Virus record (IMG/VR): IMGVR_UViG_3300017760_000070
Span: 1-26,190 of that record
DNA: 26,190 nt
From: a virus
Taxonomy: Duplodnaviria > Caudoviricetes
Direction: 5' to 3' (one strand)
Shown: piece after piece, positions 6,962 through 14,588 of the stretch
Position numbering within the stretch: the first letter of the stretch is position 1
How the letters are laid out: the number at the start of each line of letters is the position of its first letter
Program-made: the position numbers and the translations under genes
The notes under the pieces: model-generated
Told to the model about the DNA's origin: nothing
What the model saw: only the letters and a program-made list of their open reading frames with translations
The model's database searches: none

Positions 6962-7585
6962 TTACTTTTTAAACCAGTTTGGAAGTCCTAAATGCTTTCT
7001 TCTATCAAACATATTATCTCTAGCAAATTTTGTTTTAGTATTATTATAATGCAAAAATACTTGTGCTGAAATCTTACCTTTGAATTTTTCTCTCCAATGT
7101 TCTAGTTCACAACCTCTATAAACTAGCATATCTCCTGGAGATAAATCTACTTTAATTCCTTTTTTACCTAACTCTCCTGATGGTTCTAAATATATTGACC
7201 ATTTATCTCCACCAAGATTCATAGTAGTAGATATTTCACAACTAAATCTATCTCTATGTCTTTTTAATATATCGCCTTTCTTATATATTCTAGCATAAGT
7301 ATAAGCTGGATATAATTTTAATTCTGTTGCTTTTTCCATTACTGGTTGACACTTTAACATTAAAGTTTCCATAGCAATATCTGAATAATGACTATAAGTA
7401 TTTGGTATTTGTCCATTATCTTTTTCATAATTACCAAAAGCTGTTTCAAAAGGACTAAAATATCTTTCTGATAAACAAGTATCATAAACTTGTCTTTTCA
7501 TAATAAAATAATTATATAAAAATAATGCTAAATCTTTATCAATAACTTTTCTTATTATTGTATATTTATTTTTTTTAAATGACAT
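6962..7585 (-). CDS. 2OG-Fe(II) oxygenase-like protein
   Basis: YARIY...LKRHRDRFSCEISTT (HxD), GDMLVYRG..LEHWRE (distal His), QVFLHY. Confidence 0.8.
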   Translation of the reverse strand: MSFKKNKYTIIRKVIDKDLALFLYNYFIMKRQVYDTCLSERYFSPFETAFGNYEKDNGQIPNTYSHYSDIAMETLMLKCQPVMEKATELKLYPAYTYARIYKKGDILKRHRDRFSCEISTTMNLGGDKWSIYLEPSGELGKKGIKVDLSPGDMLVYRGCELEHWREKFKGKISAQVFLHYNNTKTKFARDNMFDRRKHLGLPNWFKK

Positions 7586-8213
7586 CTATTGCCATTTCTT
7601 TTGGTACTGCTTGAATATTCCAATGTATAAATCTAAATGGTTCTATACCAAAATCTACACTAAATTCATGTTCTAAAAAACCTGGGAATATAATTAAAGT
7701 TCCAGGAGTAGGTTTAAAATGTATTAATTCTGATCCACCCCATACACCTTTTTGATCTTTCATTTTTAATTTTGTTGCTCTTGCACCAGTTCTTGGTTCA
7801 TGAAATACTGGTATAGAAGTTTTATCACTACACTTTAAAAAATAAAAACCTGATACATGCTGATTCCAATGAACATGGGCTGAATGATGTCCACCACCTT
7901 TTTTAGCAAACTCTTGTACCCACATTTCACTAAACATAGTTGAATATTGTGACATATCAAAACCTTGATGGTCTAAATACTCCCAAGATTTTTGACCAAT
8001 ATAATTTCTAAAATCTAAAAAATCATTATCTTTTGTTAATGGTGTTGAATGATAACTTCTACCAAAATCTCCAAATTGTTTTATATGTTTTTTAGCTTCA
8101 GGAAAACTTTTAGCTTCCTTAATATATTTATTACTAGCTTTTGTTAATGACTTAACAAACTCTGGTTTTTGTTCTGACCATATAGTTGTATTAAAATAAT
8201 TATTAATAAACAT
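7575..8213 (-). CDS. Putative 2OG-Fe(II) oxygenase (TIGR02466-like)
   Basis: MWVQ...HSAHVH...VSGFYFL, P.PG.LIIFPGFLEH..., RFIHWN. Confidence 0.8.
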   Translation of the reverse strand: MFINNYFNTTIWSEQKPEFVKSLTKASNKYIKEAKSFPEAKKHIKQFGDFGRSYHSTPLTKDNDFLDFRNYIGQKSWEYLDHQGFDMSQYSTMFSEMWVQEFAKKGGGHHSAHVHWNQHVSGFYFLKCSDKTSIPVFHEPRTGARATKLKMKDQKGVWGGSELIHFKPTPGTLIIFPGFLEHEFSVDFGIEPFRFIHWNIQAVPKEMAIDVI

Positions 8214-8214
8214 A

Positions 8215-8847
8215 CTAAATAAATTTGTTTCCTAAATGCCAAACAACAAGACTATATCTAGTTCCTGATGTTACTGGTTTTACTCTATGCCACACAAAAC
8301 TAGGAAATACAATAATAGAACCTTTTGGTAATATTTCTTTGCATTGTATTTTATGTTTTGATTCATCTCTCATGTGAGGATCATAGTTTCTAAAATCAAA
8401 TTCTAATTCTCCACCTTGATATTCTGATCCATCTGTTAATTGGCAAGTCATTGATAATTTTCTTATCTTATTATGATCTGGTGTATTTGGTTTATCATAA
8501 GGTTTATCCCAACCATCACAATGCCAATCATAATATTGATTTAATTTATATTTTGTAAATTGACAAGATTCACTTCTTTCCCATTGATAATCCCAACCAG
8601 CTTTATGATTTGCTTCACGAACAAATGGGTGTAGTTCTTTGTATATCCAAAGATCATTTAACCAAACTAAATCAGAGTTTCTTTTTTTCTTTAAATCTAA
8701 AACTTGATCTTTATTTAGTTTTTTATCTCCATAACCACCTGTTCTAGCCATTACTTCTTTTTGTGAGTTAGCATAAGCTATTACATCATCACAAAATTTA
8801 GGTGTTAATGCTGATTTAAAATACCAATAATAATTAGATATATTCAT
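8215..8847 (-). CDS. 2OG-Fe(II) oxygenase, prolyl-4-hydroxylase-like
   Basis: QFTKY...YYDWHCD, RKLS, YQGGEL, IVFPSFVWHRVKPVTSGTRYSLV. Confidence 0.9.
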   Translation of the reverse strand: MNISNYYWYFKSALTPKFCDDVIAYANSQKEVMARTGGYGDKKLNKDQVLDLKKKRNSDLVWLNDLWIYKELHPFVREANHKAGWDYQWERSESCQFTKYKLNQYYDWHCDGWDKPYDKPNTPDHNKIRKLSMTCQLTDGSEYQGGELEFDFRNYDPHMRDESKHKIQCKEILPKGSIIVFPSFVWHRVKPVTSGTRYSLVVWHLGNKFI

Positions 8848-9346
8848 AAGTAATTTTTAAAATTAAGTTTAAATTATCTTTCTGATTATTGGTTATAAAA
8901 TATTGTTGTGTGCTAGGAAAAATTATAAAATCATTATTATTTAATTTTATATCCCAACTTCTACCTTTTCTTCTGTTGCTATCGTAATATATTCTTACTG
9001 AACAATTATTTAAACTTACTCCATACAACATTGTATAGTCAGGAGAGTTTCTTAAATCTACTTCATTAATATCTTTTTCAGGATAAGATGTTTCATTTGG
9101 TTTAAACATGTATCCAGTAGTAAGTTTATTAATTAAAGTAAAACCATACTCTACTGCTATATGTTCTCTTAAATATGTATTTAGTTTATCCAATTCTCTA
9201 GAAAATGGAAATTCACAATCTTGTATTTGATGTTTAATTATATCTGTTTGTAAAGTTTCTTTATTAATCTCAAAACCTTTTGGCATTGAAATTTTTCCTG
9301 AATATAAATCTATTTGTGATAATAAATTTTTCTTAATGTCCACCAT
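8834..9346 (-). CDS. Degenerate 2OG-Fe(II) oxygenase-fold protein
   Basis: Double-stranded beta-helix pattern (YTMLYGV...VRIYY...FIIFPS), without the iron-binding His residues. Confidence 0.55.
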   Translation of the reverse strand: MVDIKKNLLSQIDLYSGKISMPKGFEINKETLQTDIIKHQIQDCEFPFSRELDKLNTYLREHIAVEYGFTLINKLTTGYMFKPNETSYPEKDINEVDLRNSPDYTMLYGVSLNNCSVRIYYDSNRRKGRSWDIKLNNNDFIIFPSTQQYFITNNQKDNLNLILKITYEYI

Positions 9347-9362
9347 ACATTAACTTTCTATA

Positions 9363-9818
9363 TTATGCTAAACTATCTGTCAAATCCCAAGCTGTTGTTT
9401 CTTCATTCCAACTATAAACCCATTCATGAGTTCCAGCTTCATTTTGTGAAGTTTTAGTTGCAGTTAAATCAGGTGCATCTCCTATTGGTGATTTCCAAGT
9501 AGCAGTTGATAAATCTTTTACCCATGAAACATAAGGTTTTTTAGGCCAGAAGATATTATTTTCTTCGTCCCAAATATAACCTATACCTGCATAGTTTCCT
9601 CTAAATGCTTTTGTATTGTCGCCTGATGAATGAGTATTACCTTGTGTATTGTAAGATGTTTGAATCCACATTTGAGCTGGCCAATTATTGTGTTGTTCTA
9701 ACCATTGTTGTCCATTAGCTTCTATTTCATTACCATCACTATCTTTCATTACCTCATTATCCATAGTAGTCACTTGGATAACTTTACCATTCATTCCTAT
9801 TTTTGCAAAATGTGCCAT
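9363..9818 (-). CDS. Fibre-associated protein (possible assembly chaperone)
   Basis: MAHFAK...WIQTSYN...FRGNYAGIGY.WDE...PKKPY.SW; strong SD; directly follows the Gly-rich fibres. Confidence 0.6.
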   Translation of the reverse strand: MAHFAKIGMNGKVIQVTTMDNEVMKDSDGNEIEANGQQWLEQHNNWPAQMWIQTSYNTQGNTHSSGDNTKAFRGNYAGIGYIWDEENNIFWPKKPYVSWVKDLSTATWKSPIGDAPDLTATKTSQNEAGTHEWVYSWNEETTAWDLTDSLA

Positions 9819-9828
9819 AATTATTTTC

Positions 9829-9857
9829 TCCTTATCATATCTTTAATTTTTATTCAA
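9829..9857 (-). promoter_or_regulatory. Putative sigma70-type promoter
   Basis: TTGAAT-17 nt-TAAGGA with extended TG; same architecture as the sites at 4289-4317 and 14560-14588. Confidence 0.4.
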
Positions 9858-11183
9858 CTACTGAAATTTATACCTTATTACTACTATACCAGAACCTCCT
9901 GCACCAGCATTGACATTAGAACCACCACCACCAGCACCTCCGCCAGTGTTAGCTGTTCCTGAAACTCCTGCTGTAGTAGGACTGCAATCTGCACTTCCAT
10001 TACCTCCGCCATCAGCTCCTGAACCACTTGCTATTCCTCCACCACCACCAGCTCTTCCAACTGGCGAACCTGTAATTGAACTCGTTCCACCTGGACCTCC
10101 AACTTTTGGTGCTGAACCTCCTGCACCAGTAGCACCTCCTCCACCTCCTGTTTTAGGATAAGAAGCATTACCTCCAGGATTGCCTTGTGGTGGACTTACT
10201 GGGGGTGTATTTCCTGCACCTCCATTTCCATTTGTACTGCTTCCATAACCTCCGCCACCACCAGAACCTCCAGCCGCACCATTTTGTGGACCACATCTAT
10301 TTCCTGAACCACCACCTGCTGAAGTTATTGTTGAAAAAGTTGAAACTGATCCTGGACTAGCAGTAGTAAGTGGTGGAGAATTATTAGCTGCACCCCCTGA
10401 ACCAACTACGATTGGAATTGTAACTGGACCAGTAATTTGAAGTCCTGTTGGATTTGCAATAGGGGAAGCAGTATATGAACCATTGTTACCAGTTTTTGCT
10501 TCTCTATAACCTCCACCTCCTCCTCCACCACCTCTATCTCTGACTGATCCTCCACCACCAGCAACTACCAAATAATCTACGATTGCAGTTGGACCACCTC
10601 CTGATGCAACTACAAAATTTCCTGGACTAGTAAAAGTATGGACTTTAAAATTTGTATCAACTGTGCAAACACTATTACCACCAGTAGCAGAAATAAAACT
10701 TGCACCTGCTGTAGCAAATTGATTATCTTGTACTGATCTCCAACCAACTGTTGCATCTATATATACAAATGTAACACCTTGACCCTCTGTATCCAAATCT
10801 ATTGTATCTCCAGCTGTACCACCATTAATTTTTTCTGATCCATTTGGATCAACTGTTAATTTATTTGAATCAAATGTATTATTATAATCTTGTATTGAAA
10901 CGATTGCACCTGCACTTCCTGCTGGCAAATCTACCTCAAAAGTTCCTCCAGCTGTATTACAGAAATATCCTTTACCACTTTCTGCTGTAAATGTAGCTGT
11001 TTTAATACTTCCTGTTTGCCAATCAACAGTACCAGTTCTTCCCATGCCTGATGTTGTTGCACCACTAGCAATAGCAACTGTTTGACCACATGAACCTATT
11101 GTAATTGTTGATCCACATTTTTTTATAATGTTAGAACCATCCGAAACTTTTTGTATGTTATCTACTTTAATTGTGCTTGTCAT
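9858..11183 (-). CDS. Glycine-rich tail fibre/adhesin protein, 441 aa
   Basis: N-terminal beta domains (GKGYFCNT...LPA...DY...NGS) and a C-terminal Gly-rich domain from KVHTFT...YLVVAGGG to GGSGIVVIRY. Confidence 0.8.
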   Translation of the reverse strand: MTSTIKVDNIQKVSDGSNIIKKCGSTITIGSCGQTVAIASGATTSGMGRTGTVDWQTGSIKTATFTAESGKGYFCNTAGGTFEVDLPAGSAGAIVSIQDYNNTFDSNKLTVDPNGSEKINGGTAGDTIDLDTEGQGVTFVYIDATVGWRSVQDNQFATAGASFISATGGNSVCTVDTNFKVHTFTSPGNFVVASGGGPTAIVDYLVVAGGGGSVRDRGGGGGGGGYREAKTGNNGSYTASPIANPTGLQITGPVTIPIVVGSGGAANNSPPLTTASPGSVSTFSTITSAGGGSGNRCGPQNGAAGGSGGGGGYGSSTNGNGGAGNTPPVSPPQGNPGGNASYPKTGGGGGATGAGGSAPKVGGPGGTSSITGSPVGRAGGGGGIASGSGADGGGNGSADCSPTTAGVSGTANTGGGAGGGGSNVNAGAGGSGIVVIRYKFQ

Positions 11184-11193
11184 AATTTAAAAC

Positions 11194-12486
11194 CTATTGA
11201 TATTTGTACCTTATTATTACGATACCCGAACCACCCGCATGATTATTTGGACTTGGATTTGAATAAGATGAACCTCCACCTGTATTAGCTACTCCAGCCC
11301 ATGGTCCACCTGCTGGTCCTGGACCACCACCTGCTCCACCTTGACCTCCTGGTTGAGTATCTGAGGGTGATGCTGCATTTGAATAACCTCCACCTCCACC
11401 TGAATAATATGTTGCAGAACCTGAAATTGCAGTTGGTGCACCATCTCCACCATAAGCCTGACCATCAGTACCTCCAACCTCTAAAGCACCTCCACCACCT
11501 CCTGCCGCATTATTAAGAGGACTAGCTTCGCCATTTTTTCCTTGTGCTGGACTAACTGGAGGAGTGTTTCCTGATCCTGCTGTAGTTGGATTAGCTGTTG
11601 AACCACCACCTGAACCTCCTGGACCACCAGGACTACTATTACCTCCACCAAAACCACCACCAGTTGATGTTATTGTTTTAAAAGATGAATCAGATCCTTT
11701 GTTACCTGTATTACTAGGAGTGGTCGCAGATCCACCTCCACCTACTACTATTGGATAACTTGCTACTGGAGTTGATAAACCATCAGGAGCAATTAAAGGA
11801 GATGCTGTGTATGATACAAAAGAATCTTTACCCTCTCTAAAACCTCCGCCACCTCCACCACCACCATAATTGTTTCCAGCTGATCCACCACCAGCTACCA
11901 CTAAATATGAAACTTTGTTTGAACCAGCACAATTACCTGCATTGGTTACTTGAAAAGTTCCTGGACCTGTAAATTTATGAATTTTACAATTTCCTGAAGT
12001 TGTAATTGTTCCTCCTGTAGCTACAATAAACTCAGGTGTTATTACTATATCTGATACATTTGCTGTTTCTGTCAATTTCCATCCTTGTGTGCCATCTACA
12101 TAAACAAAAGTTGCACCTGAATTTTCTTTAGTAATAGTTTGATCAGAAGCTACACCATTTATATTAGATCCATTTCTTCCAATTGTAATATTATTTGTGT
12201 CTGCTGTTCCTGCATAATCAACAACTGCCATAATATCTCCAGCACTCGGAGAAGCTGGTAAATTAACTGTTTTTGCTCCACCTGTTGAATTTATAAAATA
12301 ACCTTTTCCACTTACACCAGTTGTTGGTGTAGAAGTAACTGCAGTTGTTACCCAATCTACTGCTCCTGCTCTTCCCATTCCAGATGTACTTGCACCTGAC
12401 GCAATAGTAACAGTTTTACCTGCTGATCCTAAAGTTAATGTAGAACCACATTGAACATCTACTGTATTTACTTCTATTTTACTCAT
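11194..12486 (-). CDS. Glycine-rich tail fibre/adhesin protein, 430 aa (paralog of 9858..11183)
   Basis: Same architecture and shared motifs: CGSTxTxGS, SGMGR.G.VDW, NTPPVSP.QG, GGSGIV.IRYK.Q. Confidence 0.8.
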   Translation of the reverse strand: MSKIEVNTVDVQCGSTLTLGSAGKTVTIASGASTSGMGRAGAVDWVTTAVTSTPTTGVSGKGYFINSTGGAKTVNLPASPSAGDIMAVVDYAGTADTNNITIGRNGSNINGVASDQTITKENSGATFVYVDGTQGWKLTETANVSDIVITPEFIVATGGTITTSGNCKIHKFTGPGTFQVTNAGNCAGSNKVSYLVVAGGGSAGNNYGGGGGGGGFREGKDSFVSYTASPLIAPDGLSTPVASYPIVVGGGGSATTPSNTGNKGSDSSFKTITSTGGGFGGGNSSPGGPGGSGGGSTANPTTAGSGNTPPVSPAQGKNGEASPLNNAAGGGGGALEVGGTDGQAYGGDGAPTAISGSATYYSGGGGGYSNAASPSDTQPGGQGGAGGGPGPAGGPWAGVANTGGGSSYSNPSPNNHAGGSGIVIIRYKYQ

Positions 12487-12494
12487 AATTAATC

Positions 12495-12782
12495 CTAATT
12501 AGGTTTTGTTGGAAATACAACTGCATTTACTTCTTCAACAGTTGTTAATCCATTTGTTATATCTCTTAAATCTTTTCTATAATTTGTCATAGCTTCTGAC
12601 ATTGTATTATCAGATAAAGCTAAATAATCTGTTTCAGCTAGAAGTCTATTTCTATTATCTCTTAAAATTTGTATCGCTTTATCAAATGGGGTTGGTGCTA
12701 GACTTTCTCTTTCATTTAAAATAGCTTCTTCTTCTGCTGTTAATTTTATTCTTTCATTATTTATTTGTTTATATCTAGCCAT
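12495..12782 (-). CDS. Tail fibre assembly chaperone
   Basis: LR..RNRLLAETDY.ALSD...YR..LRDIT...FP.KP motif. Confidence 0.8.
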   Translation of the reverse strand: MARYKQINNERIKLTAEEEAILNERESLAPTPFDKAIQILRDNRNRLLAETDYLALSDNTMSEAMTNYRKDLRDITNGLTTVEEVNAVVFPTKPN

Positions 12783-12785
12783 ATC

Positions 12786-13688
12786 TTAACTCTCCTTTAA
12801 TCCATAAACCATAATTTTTCCACTTGCATTCCAATTTCCTGATGCTGGAAAAAATTTAATTTGAGTGTATGATGTAGATGGATTCATCCAACAACCAAAA
12901 AGTTCTGCATAAGAATATGCATCATTAACAAATCTTTTATTAGTTGTTCCAATTACAGATGTTCTTATTGATTGTTGAGGGTTTGTAATTAAAATATCTG
13001 CATTAACTGTGCCTGTATCATTGTGTGCATTTCTTCCCCATTTAGCATTAGAAGCACTTCCTGTTCCCTCTGTGCCTGAAGTACTTTCTCTAAAACCACC
13101 GACAGTATATCTATAATTTGCTGCAGTTTCTTCACTTCCATCTGATTTCATAAATGTAAAATATAAATCTTGATTAGTAGTTGCAGGAGAAATACCAGCA
13201 ATAATTATTTTGTAAGATGTATAAGTTGCACTAAAAGTACCGACTGTCACACTTGAAGCACTTGTAACACTTGTTGCTGATAAAAAGGTCATAGCACCTC
13301 CACCAGCTTCTGCAAAAGATAATTGACCAACTCCTGTTGCACCTGAACCAGTTATTGAAGCAACTTTTAAAAATCTATCTGCTGTAACATTACCAGTAGG
13401 AAATTTTAAAGTATAACTTTGACCTGCTGAATGTGCAGGTGACTATAATTTAATTCCATGTGAGTTAGATTCACAATTTAAAATAATTGTTCCTGGATTA
13501 GTGTTGCCACCAATTTCAACAGCACCAGTACCATTAGGATACAAGTTTAAATCTCTATTAGATGCTGTAATAATATTATTATTATTAGTATCTAAACTTC
13601 CACTTGTTTTAATTGTATCCCCTGAATCTCCTAATTCGAGTTCTGTACCTGTTCTTGGACTAACTTTATTTACTTTAACTTCACTCAT
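12786..13688 (-). pseudogene. Tail fibre gene (300 codons) interrupted by one in-frame TAG at 13443-13445; pseudogene, readthrough or base error
   Basis: ORFs 13443..13688 and 12786..13292 are in the same frame. They are joined by 50 sense codons (SPAHSAGQSYTLKFPTGNVTADRFLKVASITGSGATGVGQLSFAEAGGGA) directly after the TAG. Confidence 0.75.
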
Positions 13689-13873
13689 ATTATTATTACT
13701 GTTGCGCCTGATTCAATAGTCATAGTTGATGATACACTAAATGGACCACCAAATACTGCATTTGAATCTGCTGTTATAAAAACATTTCTTGTTAAATCTT
13801 TTTTATGATAATTTACTGCATTATCTTTTCCAGGTGCATTACCTACATATTCTATATATTCTACTGTTTCCAT
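13685..13873 (-). CDS. Small virion/fibre-module protein, 62 aa
   Basis: Beta-rich C-terminus GPFSVSSTMTIESGATVIII; ATGA overlap with the next gene. Confidence 0.65.
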   Translation of the reverse strand: METVEYIEYVGNAPGKDNAVNYHKKDLTRNVFITADSNAVFGGPFSVSSTMTIESGATVIII

Positions 13874-13881
13874 TTTTTCCC

Positions 13882-14205
13882 CTATGATACATCTACTAAT
13901 AAGCCAACAACTATATCAACATCTCCACCTGAAGCACTTGATTGAGCTTTTAAAGAGTATCCTGTTGCTAAAACATATTTACCTCTTACTATCTCAACTT
14001 TGCTTGATGGTGGTATTGATACACCTTTGGCTAATTTAAAATCATTTGATCCATCTCTTAAAGTTACATCTAAAGTTAATGAAGTTGTACCTTTATTACA
14101 AGCATTCAAGCCAATCATAATTTGATTGTTTGATGTTGCTGTAACTATATTAGTTTCACTTGCATTCGTTAAAGATACTTCTGTTGATTTGAAATTATTT
14201 GCCAT
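13882..14205 (-). CDS. Virion structural protein, 107 aa
   Basis: Beta-sandwich-like sequence MANNFK...; SD GGAGG; located within the fibre module. Confidence 0.65.
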   Translation of the reverse strand: MANNFKSTEVSLTNASETNIVTATSNNQIMIGLNACNKGTTSLTLDVTLRDGSNDFKLAKGVSIPPSSKVEIVRGKYVLATGYSLKAQSSASGGDVDIVVGLLVDVS

Positions 14206-14208
14206 TGA

Positions 14209-14535
14209 TTATCCTCCTAAAGCTATTGCGAAAGGAATTGCGTTTGGATCGCTTTCCCCATCTATTGATACTGATGATGGTATTGTTGCTGCCGCAGAAC
14301 CAGTTGCTAGTTCAAATACTGTAACAAAAGCACTACCATTATAAAATTTAAAAATTATTTTTCCTGTTGTTCCTGTATCAGCAAATATTTGACCTTGTAC
14401 TGCAGTTGTTCCTGAAGTTACTCCAGGTGCTGTTGTACCAAGATTGTTTGTATTAATTGCAGATAATACACTATTCAAATCTGAACGAAACGAGGGGAAA
14501 CCTTGGTTCGCTATTACATAATCGTGTTGAGCCAT
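14209..14535 (-). CDS. Tail fibre anchoring protein, 108 aa
   Basis: The MAQHDYVIANQGFPSFRSDLN N-terminus is typical of fibre proteins that follow the tail tip gene; ends FAIALGG. Confidence 0.65.
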   Translation of the reverse strand: MAQHDYVIANQGFPSFRSDLNSVLSAINTNNLGTTAPGVTSGTTAVQGQIFADTGTTGKIIFKFYNGSAFVTVFELATGSAAATIPSSVSIDGESDPNAIPFAIALGG

Positions 14536-14559
14536 TTTTTTAAAAATCCTTTGATTTGT

Positions 14560-14588
14560 TTGTTATCATAATTAATTTAATATTGCAA
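14560..14588 (-). promoter_or_regulatory. Putative sigma70-type promoter for the fibre module
   Basis: TTGCAA-17 nt-TAACAA with extended TG. Confidence 0.5.

Noticed and set aside
9910-11758. Pro-rich and His/Leu-rich ORFs (9910..10161, 11289..11477, 11301..11516, 11564..11758)
   Set aside because: They are antisense or off-frame shadows of the Gly-codon runs in the fibre genes.
9858-12486. Diversity-generating retroelement or invertible fibre cassette
   Set aside because: There is no reverse transcriptase or recombinase in the window. The paralogs are co-oriented and differ broadly, and I saw no near-identical template/variable repeat pair.
9858-12486. Collagen-like repeats
   Set aside because: Glycines occur in runs (GGGGG, GGSGGG), not in sustained Gly-X-Y triplets.
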